Below are positions 52,655 through 62,524 of a DNA stretch of 64,000 nucleotides, piece by piece. Numbering within the stretch: the stretch's first letter is position 1; every line of letters begins with the position of its first letter. Both the position numbers and the translations under genes were made by a program. The stretch comes from Candidatus Woesearchaeota archaeon (GTDB taxonomy: Archaea > Nanobdellota > Nanobdellia > Woesearchaeales > UBA9642): NCBI GenBank assembly GCA_003599145.1, contig QZIT01000005.1, positions 320,330 through 384,329 of the forward strand, in the 5' to 3' direction. Below the pieces are notes generated by a model that was not told the DNA's origin, did no database searches, and saw only the letters and a program-made list of their open reading frames with translations.

Positions 52655-53290
52655 CTACTTTTCTAGTATTCCGCCCCATTCAATAACCGTAAATCCATTT
52701 CGTTCAGGAGTTATGATGTTTGGTTCTGGAATAGATATTTCTTCTTTAAGAGGTGTAAAGTAAAAATTCAATCGTATTTTTGTATCTGGTTTTGGGGATA
52801 TTATCAAATTCATATTTTCGTCTAAGAATTGCTCGTCTAATAATTTAATTTCGTAATACTTTGACGTTGGCAGTTCGTTCAGCCAATAATCTTTAAATTG
52901 GTTTTTTTCCTTTTCGTTCAATCCAAATTTGATCAAATACTCATCAAACCACGACTCTAAATCTGCATAGGCAACAACCCAACCTTCATTTGGCAAGTCT
53001 ATCTTATGCAGTTGAGCTTCATAAAACAAGTAATCATAGGTTTGTTCAATCATTCCGTCTTTCGTTACCCAAACTGTCCAACCGTTTTCGTATTCGGGAA
53101 TAGCGTTTATCAGTTCTCCATTAACGTTTACTTGAACAGTTATCAAAGAATCTTCTATAGGATAGAGATAAAGTGCTGGCTTTTTCACAATCATACGGCC
53201 TGCTTGATGCATTTCATAAGCGATAAAAGCTGCAAAAGCGATTCCTAGAACCACCAAACCGATAAGAATCCACAGCACAATCTTTTTCAT
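52655..53290 (-). CDS. N-terminally membrane-anchored hypothetical protein
   Basis: A TM segment 'IVLWILIGLVVLGIAFAAFIAY' is followed by a soluble domain. Confidence 0.4.
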   Translation of the reverse strand: MKKIVLWILIGLVVLGIAFAAFIAYEMHQAGRMIVKKPALYLYPIEDSLITVQVNVNGELINAIPEYENGWTVWVTKDGMIEQTYDYLFYEAQLHKIDLPNEGWVVAYADLESWFDEYLIKFGLNEKEKNQFKDYWLNELPTSKYYEIKLLDEQFLDENMNLIISPKPDTKIRLNFYFTPLKEEISIPEPNIITPERNGFTVIEWGGILEK

Positions 53291-53342
53291 AAATGTATTA
53301 GATTAAGCTTCTTTATTAATATATCGATGGCTGTAAAGAGAA

Positions 53343-54281
53343 TCAGCTTCTGTAAAACTTTGCGGCTTCTTCTGGAGGAACTGCATTGATGATAGTTCCC
53401 GTCGACAATTCAAAGCCAGCCCACTTTGCAAGTCGTGGCGCTATGGTTATTCTAAATCGCATCTTGCTGATGCCGTATTGCAGAAAAATATTATAGGGAG
53501 CATTGATGGATTGTAATTTGAGCAAAAGCTTCTTTAAAATTTCTGCAGTTTCCTTATATTCAGCGTCATTGAATTCCGTTATGGATAGAACAAAGCGCTT
53601 TGGAAAAATAACAATCTCTAAAGGAAATTTAGAGGCATAGGGCGTAAAGCACACCATGGTTGGTGTTTCTTTCACTGCACGAAAGGATGTTTTTTCAATG
53701 TTGATAATTCTTTCATAAGGGCAACTAGAAAATTTTTCGCATGCTTTTTCTGTTTCCAACACTTGCTGGGGTATATCATTATAGGCAATGACCTGAGAAT
53801 GGGTATGCAATAAAGAGGTTCCTGCATCTTCTCCATGATTTTTAAAAATATCCACGTATTTTATCCCTGGTTTTTTGCTTAATTCGGCAATGCGCTCTGC
53901 ATACACTCTCAATAACTGTTCCATTCGTTCAACAGGAACATCTGCCAATTGCTTGTTAATATCTGGATCTTCAACAATAACTTCATGATAGCCAAAGGCA
54001 TCTGCAAACGTAAAAAATTCATTGTCTGTCCTGATAACAGGATTTCCCTTATCAACAACTGCTGCAAATTTATTGGGAAACCACCGCAACTGCCAGTTTT
54101 TTTCATTTTTAGGATATCTACCGATTTCTGCAGGCGTTAAATGCTCATTGCCTGGACCGAAATAATCAATGTCAGGCTTTTTTATTTCCTGTTTCTGCAT
54201 GAATTGATCAGGTCTTTTTCCTCGTTCTGTAGCAATAATCACATATCGGTCAAGAATGTAATCTTTTCTGAGTTCTGGCAT
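53343..54281 (-). CDS. galactose-1-phosphate uridylyltransferase (GalT)-family / HIT-like nucleotidyltransferase
   Basis: 'GTSLLHTHSQV' is an H.H.Q motif. The N-terminus 'YILDRYVIIATERGKRP' fits. Length is 312 aa. Confidence 0.55.
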   Translation of the reverse strand: MPELRKDYILDRYVIIATERGKRPDQFMQKQEIKKPDIDYFGPGNEHLTPAEIGRYPKNEKNWQLRWFPNKFAAVVDKGNPVIRTDNEFFTFADAFGYHEVIVEDPDINKQLADVPVERMEQLLRVYAERIAELSKKPGIKYVDIFKNHGEDAGTSLLHTHSQVIAYNDIPQQVLETEKACEKFSSCPYERIINIEKTSFRAVKETPTMVCFTPYASKFPLEIVIFPKRFVLSITEFNDAEYKETAEILKKLLLKLQSINAPYNIFLQYGISKMRFRITIAPRLAKWAGFELSTGTIINAVPPEEAAKFYRS

Positions 54282-54346
54282 AGCTCTATTGAAATAAAGT
54301 GATATATAAATCTTTGTTTAACTTGCTGAAGAGTAAAAAAAAGAAA

Positions 54347-56128
54347 TCACTTTCGCAGCGCAAGATTGTGCGCCTTGATATAGTTCTCTATCAGGAAGTT
54401 CCAGTCAGCAAGCGTGGCAAGGCTTTTTGCACTCAACTTATTTTGCACTCTTTCTGTATGATCCAGCATGGTAAATCCGTAGAGAATCTGCGCAAAGGAA
54501 TTCACCACATCATCATAGGACTTATTAAAGCGCTCAAGCACATACATGCCTGGATTTTTAGGACTTAATTTTGGTTTAATAAATCTTCCAAATCCTGACA
54601 AGTCAGTAGTCAAGCTTACAACGCCCAAGGCTGCACATTCCAAAGGAGTGTATCCCCAAGGTTCATAATAGCTTGGAAATAATCCGAAATGCGTTCCTGC
54701 AATAGCATCATTGTAAGGAAGATTAATCATGCCGTCATTGCCCGTCAGATAGACAGGATACACAATAATCTTCACTCGGTCTTCTTTTCTGTTCAGCAAA
54801 CCATTTCCCCTTAATGCTCGTATTATTTCCTGATTATCTTCATTTTCAAGATAATGGGTACATAAAGGCGGTGTTCCCTTTCTCTTAAACTGAATGATAT
54901 TTTTCTTTGCCTCAAGCAAAAACTTTTTGGTAAAAATTCCCTCATTGGAAACATCTTTGCCCAAAACAAAATCATAGGTAATAGTTCTTAAAATTTCCTT
55001 TGCATTCCAATCTACAAAATTCTTTATGTGATTATAGTAATTTTTATTTTCCAATAATTCTGTTCGTATGGATGTTGCAGGCAAAGGCACCCAGAAAAAG
55101 ACGCTGATCGTTCTTATGCTATTTTCTTTTTTGAGTGTTTCATTTACTTTGCCGAGTGCTGCAATAAAAATGTCAAGCCCTTTATTTCTAAATTCGTTTC
55201 TTCCGCTGAGGAAAAAAATCAGGTTATGCTCAAGGGGAAAATCATGATACGGAAAAAAATACCACGTTAAAAATTCCCTTATTTTATCCCTGCAGGTTAC
55301 ATGTTTAATAGATGTTTCTTCGATAGTGGGATATTTTGCAATATCAAGCCCGTTTAAAACTAAAACTTCAGGCTTTCTTCCCAGAATTTTCTCTGCTTCC
55401 ATACCTGTAATTTCAGAAACAGTGGTAAAGATGTCTGCTTTTTGGGCGCATGCCCTTTCTGTAAAAAACTTGTCCTGCACTCTCGACTCATAGGCTTCCC
55501 TTACAGGGTCTATAATATCCAAAATAGAATAGAGATCTCTTCCTCCTCCTGCCATTGCCCTTCCCAGCATGGTTGCGTGTGTTGTAAAAACAGTTCTTAT
55601 GGAAGAATTTACTGATTTTAAATGCAATAAACCACCGCCACAAAGCCATTCGTGAAAATGCGCGATAATTCTTTTGCCTTTCAGCTCATTGCCGATGTGC
55701 TCGAGCAGATAGCCGACTGCTGTAGACCAGACAATAGGCTCATCAAAATCATTCGCTGCGTAAAGAGAATCTATCTGAAAAAGGTCATATAATTTTTTCT
55801 TGATGTCATTTTTTTGGCTGAACAAATTTCCAAATTCAATGAGGATGGTAAACGGCTCGCCATCTGCATCAATCCATTTTCCAAAATGGCATTGCAATCC
55901 TAAGTTTTTTAATTCTTGAAAGGGCTTTTTTAAAAAGTTAGGAATGTCTTTTTGCTCCTGAAAGCTTAGTCTTGCTTTATCCTCAAAATAAGGGCCGATA
56001 GTAAAATAATTAGGGTAATAGCTCATCATAAGGGCGGCTTTGCTTGTTACCACAGCATAGATGCCTCCAACTTTATTGCAAACTTCCCATGATGTTTCAA
56101 AGACGTATTCTGCTTCTGCCTTTAACAT
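54347..56128 (-). CDS. glycogen synthase, eukaryote-type (GT3 family)
   Basis: Block-by-block similarity to yeast/animal GSY is strong: 'SWEVCNKVGGIYAVVTSKA', 'IAHFHEWLCGGGL...VFTTHATMLGR' and 'FPSYYEPWGYTPLECAALGVVSLTTDLSGFG'. Confidence 0.85.
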   Translation of the reverse strand: MLKAEAEYVFETSWEVCNKVGGIYAVVTSKAALMMSYYPNYFTIGPYFEDKARLSFQEQKDIPNFLKKPFQELKNLGLQCHFGKWIDADGEPFTILIEFGNLFSQKNDIKKKLYDLFQIDSLYAANDFDEPIVWSTAVGYLLEHIGNELKGKRIIAHFHEWLCGGGLLHLKSVNSSIRTVFTTHATMLGRAMAGGGRDLYSILDIIDPVREAYESRVQDKFFTERACAQKADIFTTVSEITGMEAEKILGRKPEVLVLNGLDIAKYPTIEETSIKHVTCRDKIREFLTWYFFPYHDFPLEHNLIFFLSGRNEFRNKGLDIFIAALGKVNETLKKENSIRTISVFFWVPLPATSIRTELLENKNYYNHIKNFVDWNAKEILRTITYDFVLGKDVSNEGIFTKKFLLEAKKNIIQFKRKGTPPLCTHYLENEDNQEIIRALRGNGLLNRKEDRVKIIVYPVYLTGNDGMINLPYNDAIAGTHFGLFPSYYEPWGYTPLECAALGVVSLTTDLSGFGRFIKPKLSPKNPGMYVLERFNKSYDDVVNSFAQILYGFTMLDHTERVQNKLSAKSLATLADWNFLIENYIKAHNLALRK

Positions 56129-56136
56129 TTTTCACC

Positions 56137-56517
56137 TCATAATACGAATACTCCCAACGCAATGCCAACAACAAACCCGATGACTAAGCCCAATAAAAAA
56201 TCTTTCATGAGCTCAAAATCACTGATAACGTGGCTTTTGCCAATCTCCATGGTTATCTCATGAATCTTGTCATCAAGTATCTTGACTGTTTCATTCTTGT
56301 CTTTGGCAAGCCGTATTTTTCCTGCCAGATAGGGATCGTGAATAACCTGGTCTATCCAGTTTGCAAAATCATTCTTGGTTTCATTGACATGATTTCCAAA
56401 TTCATCTTGATTCATAACCTGTATCTGTTTTTTAAGCTCCCAAATATTTTGGGCTGATTTTCCATTATTGAAATGAAATTTTTGTTCAGGAGGCGCGTTT
56501 TGCAATGACATCACCAA
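56137..56517 (-). CDS. small hypothetical protein, paralog A (C-terminal TM helix)
   Basis: It shares 'F..HVN....NDF..WI..V..D..LA.KI' with the adjacent ORF. The C-terminus 'LLGLVIGFVVGIALGVFVL' is hydrophobic. Confidence 0.45.
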   Translation of the reverse strand: MVMSLQNAPPEQKFHFNNGKSAQNIWELKKQIQVMNQDEFGNHVNETKNDFANWIDQVIHDPYLAGKIRLAKDKNETVKILDDKIHEITMEIGKSHVISDFELMKDFLLGLVIGFVVGIALGVFVL

Positions 56518-56840
56518 AGCTTCCCCATCAGATGTTCGTAAACAACAAGTTGGGCTTTTTTCTTTTCTTTGCAGTGTGCAATTTTTTCTGCAAGTTCAAA
56601 GTCTCTAAAAACATCTTTTATCCAATTGCTGAAATCATTTCTATGATCGTTAACATGATGAGAAAAGACGAAATCTTCCATGTCGCCTAAATCTTCTGCT
56701 AGCTCTTTGAGGTTTTTTATTTCTTTTCCGCTTGACAAAATAAACCAATACTCATGGCTCGGAGTGTTCTTTATGCCACTAGCAGGCAGTACCCTAGCCT
56801 TTTTCGTAATAGGAGAAGTCTTTTTAGCCATCATCCCCAC
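56511..56840 (-). CDS. small hypothetical protein, paralog B
   Basis: 'FVFSHHVNDHRNDFSNWIKDVFRDFELAEKI' parallels 'FGNHVNETKNDFANWIDQVIHDPYLAGKI'. Confidence 0.45.
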   Translation of the reverse strand: MGMMAKKTSPITKKARVLPASGIKNTPSHEYWFILSSGKEIKNLKELAEDLGDMEDFVFSHHVNDHRNDFSNWIKDVFRDFELAEKIAHCKEKKKAQLVVYEHLMGKLW

Positions 56841-56930
56841 CTCTTTTTACCATTCATACCTTTTGGTATTTATATGGTTTGTGTTTTTTTCTCTTTTTTT
56901 ATGAACAGTTTTATGAATAACGGTGCATCC

Positions 56931-58163
56931 CTAAGATAGCACCAAGCTCGGCTTTTCTGTCAACAGTACAGGTGTGTTGATAGAGGGATTATTTGCCCTT
57001 TTCAATCGCACTGCCATGTCATTTAAGATATTCATGAACGCCAAATAGCTGTCATACGGCGTGTCATAAGGATTAAAGTACTTATGAACATCTCCGTCGT
57101 TAAACCATTTCGTGCACATATAGTAAAAATGGTCGCTTGTTGTTAACTTTCTCCAATCTTCTAATAATTTTGAGTTTTTAGCATTTTTTATTTTTTCTTC
57201 AAACTGGTACAGTTCATGCATGGCTGCCTTTTGCATTTCATTGCCCAGCCAAGCAGTTAAATCTCTTTCAACGTCTGCCCAGGAAACAAAGCTATGCATG
57301 TCAACTTCATCAACAGGGTCTATGGTTGCCAATTCAGAAGGATGCATGAATTTCAAGTGAGGATGTTTTAAAAGTTGCTTTGGAAGGTTGTTCATAAAGC
57401 TAAAGATGCCTGTATGCTCCCACTGATGCTCTCCAAAGGTTTCATAATCCATAAACAAATTTACAGAATGGCCTTGAATGGCAGAAAGCCATGCTGCGTA
57501 TTTTTCAGCAGTCAACGGATGTTGTTCCCAAGTTTTATTGCCAAATCTGAAGGCAATGTCATCGCTGAGTTTGTAATTTTTTAAAAGCAATTTCATGTTA
57601 TTTGTTGTTTTTGCCTTGTAGACAAAATTAGGGCTTCTCCATCCTAAAATATGGTCAGCTCCTTCTGCTATGATTCCCTTATACCCTAGCTGTTCGACAA
57701 AGTTTGCAAGCTCATTGTTAAAAATCAGCTCTGTGTTTCTAAAAACAGTTGGTGTCTGCTTAAAGTTTCTTTTAATTGCCTTTTTATGCAAGTTTACTTG
57801 TTCAACAAACTCTTTTTTTGAATAAAGATATGATAAAGAGTGATGATAGGTTTCATTCAAAAATTCAACATTTCCTGTTTTGGCAAGTTCTTCAAATGAA
57901 TCCAAAACATTTGGTGCATACTGCTCAAACTGCTCAAGCGCTGTTCCTGTAATGCTATAGGCAATTTTGAATTCAGGATGCTTATGAATAAGATTTAACA
58001 TTAAGCGATTGGTAGGCAGGTAGCACTTTTTAGCTACTTTTTCCATGACTTCTCTATTTTTTTGATGGTCAAAGTAATCACTAGTGTTGCCTATGTTAAA
58101 AACACTGTATTTTTTCAGCCTGAAAGGCTGATGGACCTGAAAGTAAAAGCAAACTCCCGTCAT
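56931..58163 (-). CDS. glycoside hydrolase family 57 enzyme (amylase / 4-alpha-glucanotransferase / branching type)
   Basis: The N-terminus 'CFYFQVHQPFRLKKY' is GH57-typical. Size and later blocks (e.g. 'HEW', 'WLGNE') fit GH57. Confidence 0.7.
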   Translation of the reverse strand: MTGVCFYFQVHQPFRLKKYSVFNIGNTSDYFDHQKNREVMEKVAKKCYLPTNRLMLNLIHKHPEFKIAYSITGTALEQFEQYAPNVLDSFEELAKTGNVEFLNETYHHSLSYLYSKKEFVEQVNLHKKAIKRNFKQTPTVFRNTELIFNNELANFVEQLGYKGIIAEGADHILGWRSPNFVYKAKTTNNMKLLLKNYKLSDDIAFRFGNKTWEQHPLTAEKYAAWLSAIQGHSVNLFMDYETFGEHQWEHTGIFSFMNNLPKQLLKHPHLKFMHPSELATIDPVDEVDMHSFVSWADVERDLTAWLGNEMQKAAMHELYQFEEKIKNAKNSKLLEDWRKLTTSDHFYYMCTKWFNDGDVHKYFNPYDTPYDSYLAFMNILNDMAVRLKRANNPSINTPVLLTEKPSLVLS

Positions 58164-59386
58164 GTTCTTCCTCCAAATTTATCATACAGCTCTATACATT
58201 TATCTGCTGGAAAATCCCAGCTGAACTGCAGCACTTCATGATAGCCTAAAATAGTAAGCTCATTGTGCATATGCCTATAGGTCAAAACTCCCAATATTTT
58301 ATTTGCCAACTCCTCAACATCCCAAAAATCCACTTTCAAGCAGTTTCTTAACACTTCACTAACGCCTGATTGCTTAGATATGATGGTGGGAGTGTTTCTA
58401 ACCATGGCTTCCAAAGGAGTAATGCCAAAAGGTTCGCTGACAGAAGGCATGACATAGACATCTGCCATTTTATATATTCTGTCTCTTTCCTCTCCTTTCA
58501 AAAAACCGGCAAACAAGACTTTGGAGCCTATTCCTAACTGTGCAGCACGCTGAATCATCGCTGCTTCCATATCTCCGCTGCCAACTACAATAAACTTCAC
58601 ATCAGGATCTTTTTCCAGAACCATTTTAGCTGCCTCAATAAAGTAATCAGGACCTTTTTGCAGGGTTATTCTTCCTAGAAACAACACCAACTTGTCTTCT
58701 TTTCTTATTCTAAACTGCTGGAAATTACCATCAGAAAAGTCAACTGCGTTGTGAATAACCGTTATCTTTTCAGGAGGTATCCCATAATGGTTTATGATCA
58801 AATGTTTGGTATGATGACTATTAGCTATAACCATATCTGCAAGCTGCATGCCTGTCTTTTCCAAATCATAAACATACTGATTAACACCATTGCCGCCTGT
58901 TCTGTCAAACTCAGTTGCATGAATATGAACTATCAATGGCTTATTCTTGATTTGTTTGGCATTGATGCCAGCCGGAAAGGTCATCCAGTCATGGCAATGG
59001 ATAACATCAAAGTCTTCTGATTCAGCTATCAGCTTTGCAATTTCTGAAAATCTGTAAACTTCATGATGGAGGTTATAGCCATACAATGCTGCTTCTGCAT
59101 TGCCTTTTGTCTGCATAATTTTTTGGTATCTTTGATAGTAATCTTCACTTCCAGAATACGGAGAAAGCAGGGAGGCAACTTTTTTTATGGTTATATTGGT
59201 AATGGCAAGGTTGTTTGCTATGAGGAGGTTGACAAAATCTCCCTTTATATCCAAAGGGCCCTGGGGCATGACAAAGGTGATTTCGACGCCTTTTTTTGCC
59301 AGTGCCTTTGTTAAGCCATAGCAGGCAGTTCCCAAACCGCCTGAATAGACTGGAGGAAATTCCCAGCCAAACATCAATACTTTCAT
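58160..59386 (-). CDS. GT4/GT5 glycosyltransferase, glycogen(starch) synthase-like
   Basis: The N-terminus 'MKVLMFGWEFPPVYSGGLGTACYGL' has the K.GGL motif. The C-terminus 'MPSVSEPFGITPLEAM' is the E.7E motif. A 4-nt overlap links it to the GH57 gene. Confidence 0.7.
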   Translation of the reverse strand: MKVLMFGWEFPPVYSGGLGTACYGLTKALAKKGVEITFVMPQGPLDIKGDFVNLLIANNLAITNITIKKVASLLSPYSGSEDYYQRYQKIMQTKGNAEAALYGYNLHHEVYRFSEIAKLIAESEDFDVIHCHDWMTFPAGINAKQIKNKPLIVHIHATEFDRTGGNGVNQYVYDLEKTGMQLADMVIANSHHTKHLIINHYGIPPEKITVIHNAVDFSDGNFQQFRIRKEDKLVLFLGRITLQKGPDYFIEAAKMVLEKDPDVKFIVVGSGDMEAAMIQRAAQLGIGSKVLFAGFLKGEERDRIYKMADVYVMPSVSEPFGITPLEAMVRNTPTIISKQSGVSEVLRNCLKVDFWDVEELANKILGVLTYRHMHNELTILGYHEVLQFSWDFPADKCIELYDKFGGRT

Positions 59387-59532
59387 TCAACACCCCTTTA
59401 GTTACAAATCTAACTAGGTCATTATGTCTGCACTTGTTTTCTTTAAATACTTTTCTATAAATTATAGCAAAAACAAGAAAAAAATAAACATACTAATTAA
59501 GTGATTATCTCATTAAATTATTTACTAATAGA

Positions 59533-59546
59533 AAAGTTTAAATATT
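59533..59546 (+). promoter_or_regulatory. putative BRE/TATA (aaaagtttaaatat) for a leaderless transcript starting at the 59566 ATG
   Basis: The TATA centre is ~26 nt upstream of the ATG and there is no SD. Confidence 0.3.
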
Positions 59547-59565
59547 TGGCTGATTAGTCAAATTC

Positions 59566-60231
59566 ATGGATGCTGATTCTCTGGCAACAGGAAGCAAATG
59601 GGTTATTCTAGAAGAAATAGGCAAAGGCAACAACACAGTTTCTGACATTGCCAAATCTTTAAAAACATCTGTAGCCAACATAAGCCAGCAGTTAAGGCTT
59701 TTGGAAGCCTACGGATTTATCCAAAAAGAAAGGCTTGAAAGCAATAAGATCGGAAAACCGAAAGCTGTGTATGCCATAAAAAGAGAGATGATTAACATCA
59801 GCAGCCTTGAAAAGAACAAGGTTCAAAAAATAAAGCTGAGCCCTTCCTGGTTTTCTCAAACATTCATCAACATTTTAAACTATGCAACAGAAGAAGACAG
59901 GCATTATTTAGCCCAGTTTTTCTTTCACACCAATGACATTTTAGAAAAATGCGATGGCGTTGCATTGATGAAATCAAGCAAAGATGCCATTGAGCTTGTC
60001 TTGTTCACAGCCAATTTGGACTACATACGAAAGCATTACAGCAACCTCGACCTTAAAGGATTAAACAGCCAGCACAAAAAAATCATCTGCTGGACCCATA
60101 ATGAAGAGGAGCTCAAAAGCGGCATAAGCAAAAAAGAGCCTTACTTTCTTAATCTCTTAAAAGACGTCCATATTCTTTACGATAAAACAGGAAAGTTATT
60201 AGAAATAAAACAATTGAGAGAGACAAAATGA
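59566..60231 (+). CDS. hypothetical protein with N-terminal ArsR-like winged-helix domain
   Basis: 'ILEEIGKGNNTVSDIAKSLKTSVANISQQLRLLEAYGFI' is wHTH-like. Confidence 0.45.
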   Translation: MDADSLATGSKWVILEEIGKGNNTVSDIAKSLKTSVANISQQLRLLEAYGFIQKERLESNKIGKPKAVYAIKREMINISSLEKNKVQKIKLSPSWFSQTFINILNYATEEDRHYLAQFFFHTNDILEKCDGVALMKSSKDAIELVLFTANLDYIRKHYSNLDLKGLNSQHKKIICWTHNEEELKSGISKKEPYFLNLLKDVHILYDKTGKLLEIKQLRETK

Positions 60232-60494
60232 AGTTTGAGGAGCTTACGGTTGAGCAGTTAAAGGCAATTGAAGAAGAGTTCAAAAAAGGAACCATCCAGA
60301 AAATTCTTGAGCAAAAAACGAGAGTTGAAGAAAAGACCTGTGCTGTCTGTGGTCAAAAAATAGCAAAACAGCATGGCTATGCATTAGAATTTGGCCAAAG
60401 CGACTTAAGAAAACGAGCTTATTTTTGCGCAGCCGACTGTTTGCAGTACTTTTTGGATTATCTAAAAAAAGAGAACCTTACGCAGTACTATTAA
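60228..60494 (+). CDS. small hypothetical protein (88 aa), possible Zn-binding
   Basis: An ATGA overlap links it to the upstream gene. Cys residues are 'CAVCGQK...CAADC'. Confidence 0.4.
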   Translation: MKFEELTVEQLKAIEEEFKKGTIQKILEQKTRVEEKTCAVCGQKIAKQHGYALEFGQSDLRKRAYFCAADCLQYFLDYLKKENLTQYY

Positions 60495-60698
60495 TCTTTC
60501 TCTTTTTCATTCTCATAAAAAGTCTTCCGTTTTTGGTTTCGTACTGCAAATGGCAATAAACGCCATTTCTAACCCTGATGACTTCTTTGAGAATACTGCC
60601 ATCTTTATTGCTATTGGACAATATATAGTAATTCATCCATCTCCCCCTATACCATAAGGAAAGCAAGACTATTTAAATCTTGTGGTTTTTGTACTAGG

Positions 60699-61337
60699 AT
60701 GATAGCAGGCGTTGAAGAGGCAGGAAGAGGCCCTGTCATAGGTCCTATGGTTATGGTTATTCTGGTTATTGATGAAAAAGATGAACAAAAATTGGTTGAT
60801 TTAGGTGTAAAGGACAGCAAGCTTTTAACAGCAACTCAGAGGGAAGAAATATACCAGAGTTTAGTAAACTTTGAGCATCATGTCAAGATTCTTCAGCCAA
60901 ACGAAATTGATGAAGCTGTTTTATCAGAAGCCATGAACTTAAACTGGCTAGAAGCAAAAACAACGGCTGAACTCATTAGCTTTGTTAAAGCAGACAAAGT
61001 CATTTTAGACTGCCCTAGCAATAATACCTCAGCATATAAAAATTACGTAAAAAAATTGTTGAAAAAAGATATCGAGATTATTGCAGAGCATAAGGCAGAT
61101 GTTAAATATCCGGTAGTAAGTGCTGCGTCTATTATAGCTAAAGTTACCAGAGACAGGGAAATAGAAAAGCTCAAAAAAAAGTTTAAAGTTAACTTTGGCT
61201 CTGGCTACCCAAGTGACCCTTTAACAATTTCATTTCTTGAAAAGAATTATAAAAAGTATGACTTTTTCAGGAAAAGCTGGGCTCCCTACAAAAAACTGTT
61301 AAAAAGCACTCAACAGAAAACACTCAAGGGGTTTTAG
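60699..61337 (+). CDS. rnhB: ribonuclease HII
   Basis: The N-terminus 'IAGVEEAGRGPVIGPMV' is the DEDD active-site region. A further block is 'DSKLLT..QRE'. Length is 212 aa. Confidence 0.9.
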   Translation: MIAGVEEAGRGPVIGPMVMVILVIDEKDEQKLVDLGVKDSKLLTATQREEIYQSLVNFEHHVKILQPNEIDEAVLSEAMNLNWLEAKTTAELISFVKADKVILDCPSNNTSAYKNYVKKLLKKDIEIIAEHKADVKYPVVSAASIIAKVTRDREIEKLKKKFKVNFGSGYPSDPLTISFLEKNYKKYDFFRKSWAPYKKLLKSTQQKTLKGF

Positions 61338-61684
61338 TCCTTTCTAAAGAAGATGACCATAAGGATGAAAAGCATGGCTGCCATGACTATCAACGCTCCG
61401 TAAAAAAACCACGCATACATGACGAATGGCTTTTCAAGATACAGCGTTTGTTTGCTGGTCAAATCTGCAATTTTAGGACAGCTTTCCTGATAATCGCAGA
61501 CTCCAGAATCTTTCTGATAAAACAAGCAACAGACTTTTCCGTCATTGCAATCAATGCTTTCTGTACAAGCATTTTCTATAAAATAACTGCTTAACCCTCT
61601 ATACGTTTTCCCTGATAGAAAAAGCAAAGCTCCAAAGAGCAAAATAATAATCATCAAAGACGTTATCAGCAGTTTATGCTTCAT
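61334..61684 (-). CDS. small membrane protein (two TM segments, Cys-rich loop)
   Basis: Hydrophobic N- and C-termini flank a loop containing 'CTESIDCNDGKVCC'. Confidence 0.4.
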   Translation of the reverse strand: MKHKLLITSLMIIILLFGALLFLSGKTYRGLSSYFIENACTESIDCNDGKVCCLFYQKDSGVCDYQESCPKIADLTSKQTLYLEKPFVMYAWFFYGALIVMAAMLFILMVIFFRKD

Positions 61685-61826
61685 AAAGGTATAAATATTA
61701 TTGGTGTTTATATATTTACTGCTGAGTTCCCTAGGGATAGCTGTTCAAAAATGCGGTTTCGTCTGAAAAAAACGAAAAGGGAATAACGGCAGAACATTTA
61801 AATATCACAGACAACCCAATCACTAT

Positions 61827-62471
61827 ATGCCTCAAAAAACAGACATCCAGGATTTCCTAAAAAAAGAAAGTGACGCAACCCAAGAATATATCAAGAATTT
61901 TCTCCATGAACAGGGCATCTTTGACTTAGATAAAGAAGATCAGATAATAGAAACCGCTAAATGCATTGCCAAATTTCCTTGGGGAGAAGCAAGAACCATT
62001 GAGGAATTGCTCGTAACAAAAAAATTCGGCACATGCACTGCCAAGCATTCAGCTTTGCAAGCATGTTATGATAGCTTAGGCATAAAATGTCATCAAGTCA
62101 TGTCCACCTTCAAATGGGGGGAGCAGAAGATAAGTTTTCCAGAGGAATTGCAAAAAATCATTGATGAGGGAGAGTGGAACCACGGGCACAACTTTCTTCA
62201 AATTGAAAAAGATGACGGGACAAAAATAGATATCGATACAACATGGAACTCGAAGCTGAAAGAATTCGGCTTTAGGACGTTTCCTGAAGATTGGGATGGA
62301 AAGAGTTCATTTGTCGGATTCAAAATAAATCAAAGATGGAACAATGTTGCTATGAAAGCTAAAAAAATAGAATTAATCGAATCGCTTTCTCCAGAATTAA
62401 GGGCTAGAAGAGAGCGTTTTTTGAAATCGTTTGTTCAATGGGTTCATTCAATAAATCAGATTGATGACTAA
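61827..62471 (+). CDS. hypothetical protein, possibly papain-fold (transglutaminase-like) Cys-His-Asp enzyme
   Basis: 'FGTCTAKHSALQACYDSLGI' (Cys), 'WNHGHNFLQIE' (His) and 'IDIDTTWN' (Asp) occur in the canonical order. Confidence 0.35.
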   Translation: MPQKTDIQDFLKKESDATQEYIKNFLHEQGIFDLDKEDQIIETAKCIAKFPWGEARTIEELLVTKKFGTCTAKHSALQACYDSLGIKCHQVMSTFKWGEQKISFPEELQKIIDEGEWNHGHNFLQIEKDDGTKIDIDTTWNSKLKEFGFRTFPEDWDGKSSFVGFKINQRWNNVAMKAKKIELIESLSPELRARRERFLKSFVQWVHSINQIDD

Positions 62472-62524
62472 CGCTTCTGCGCGAAACAATTAACTTAATA
62501 AAGAATTCCCTCTTTTTTAGTGCC

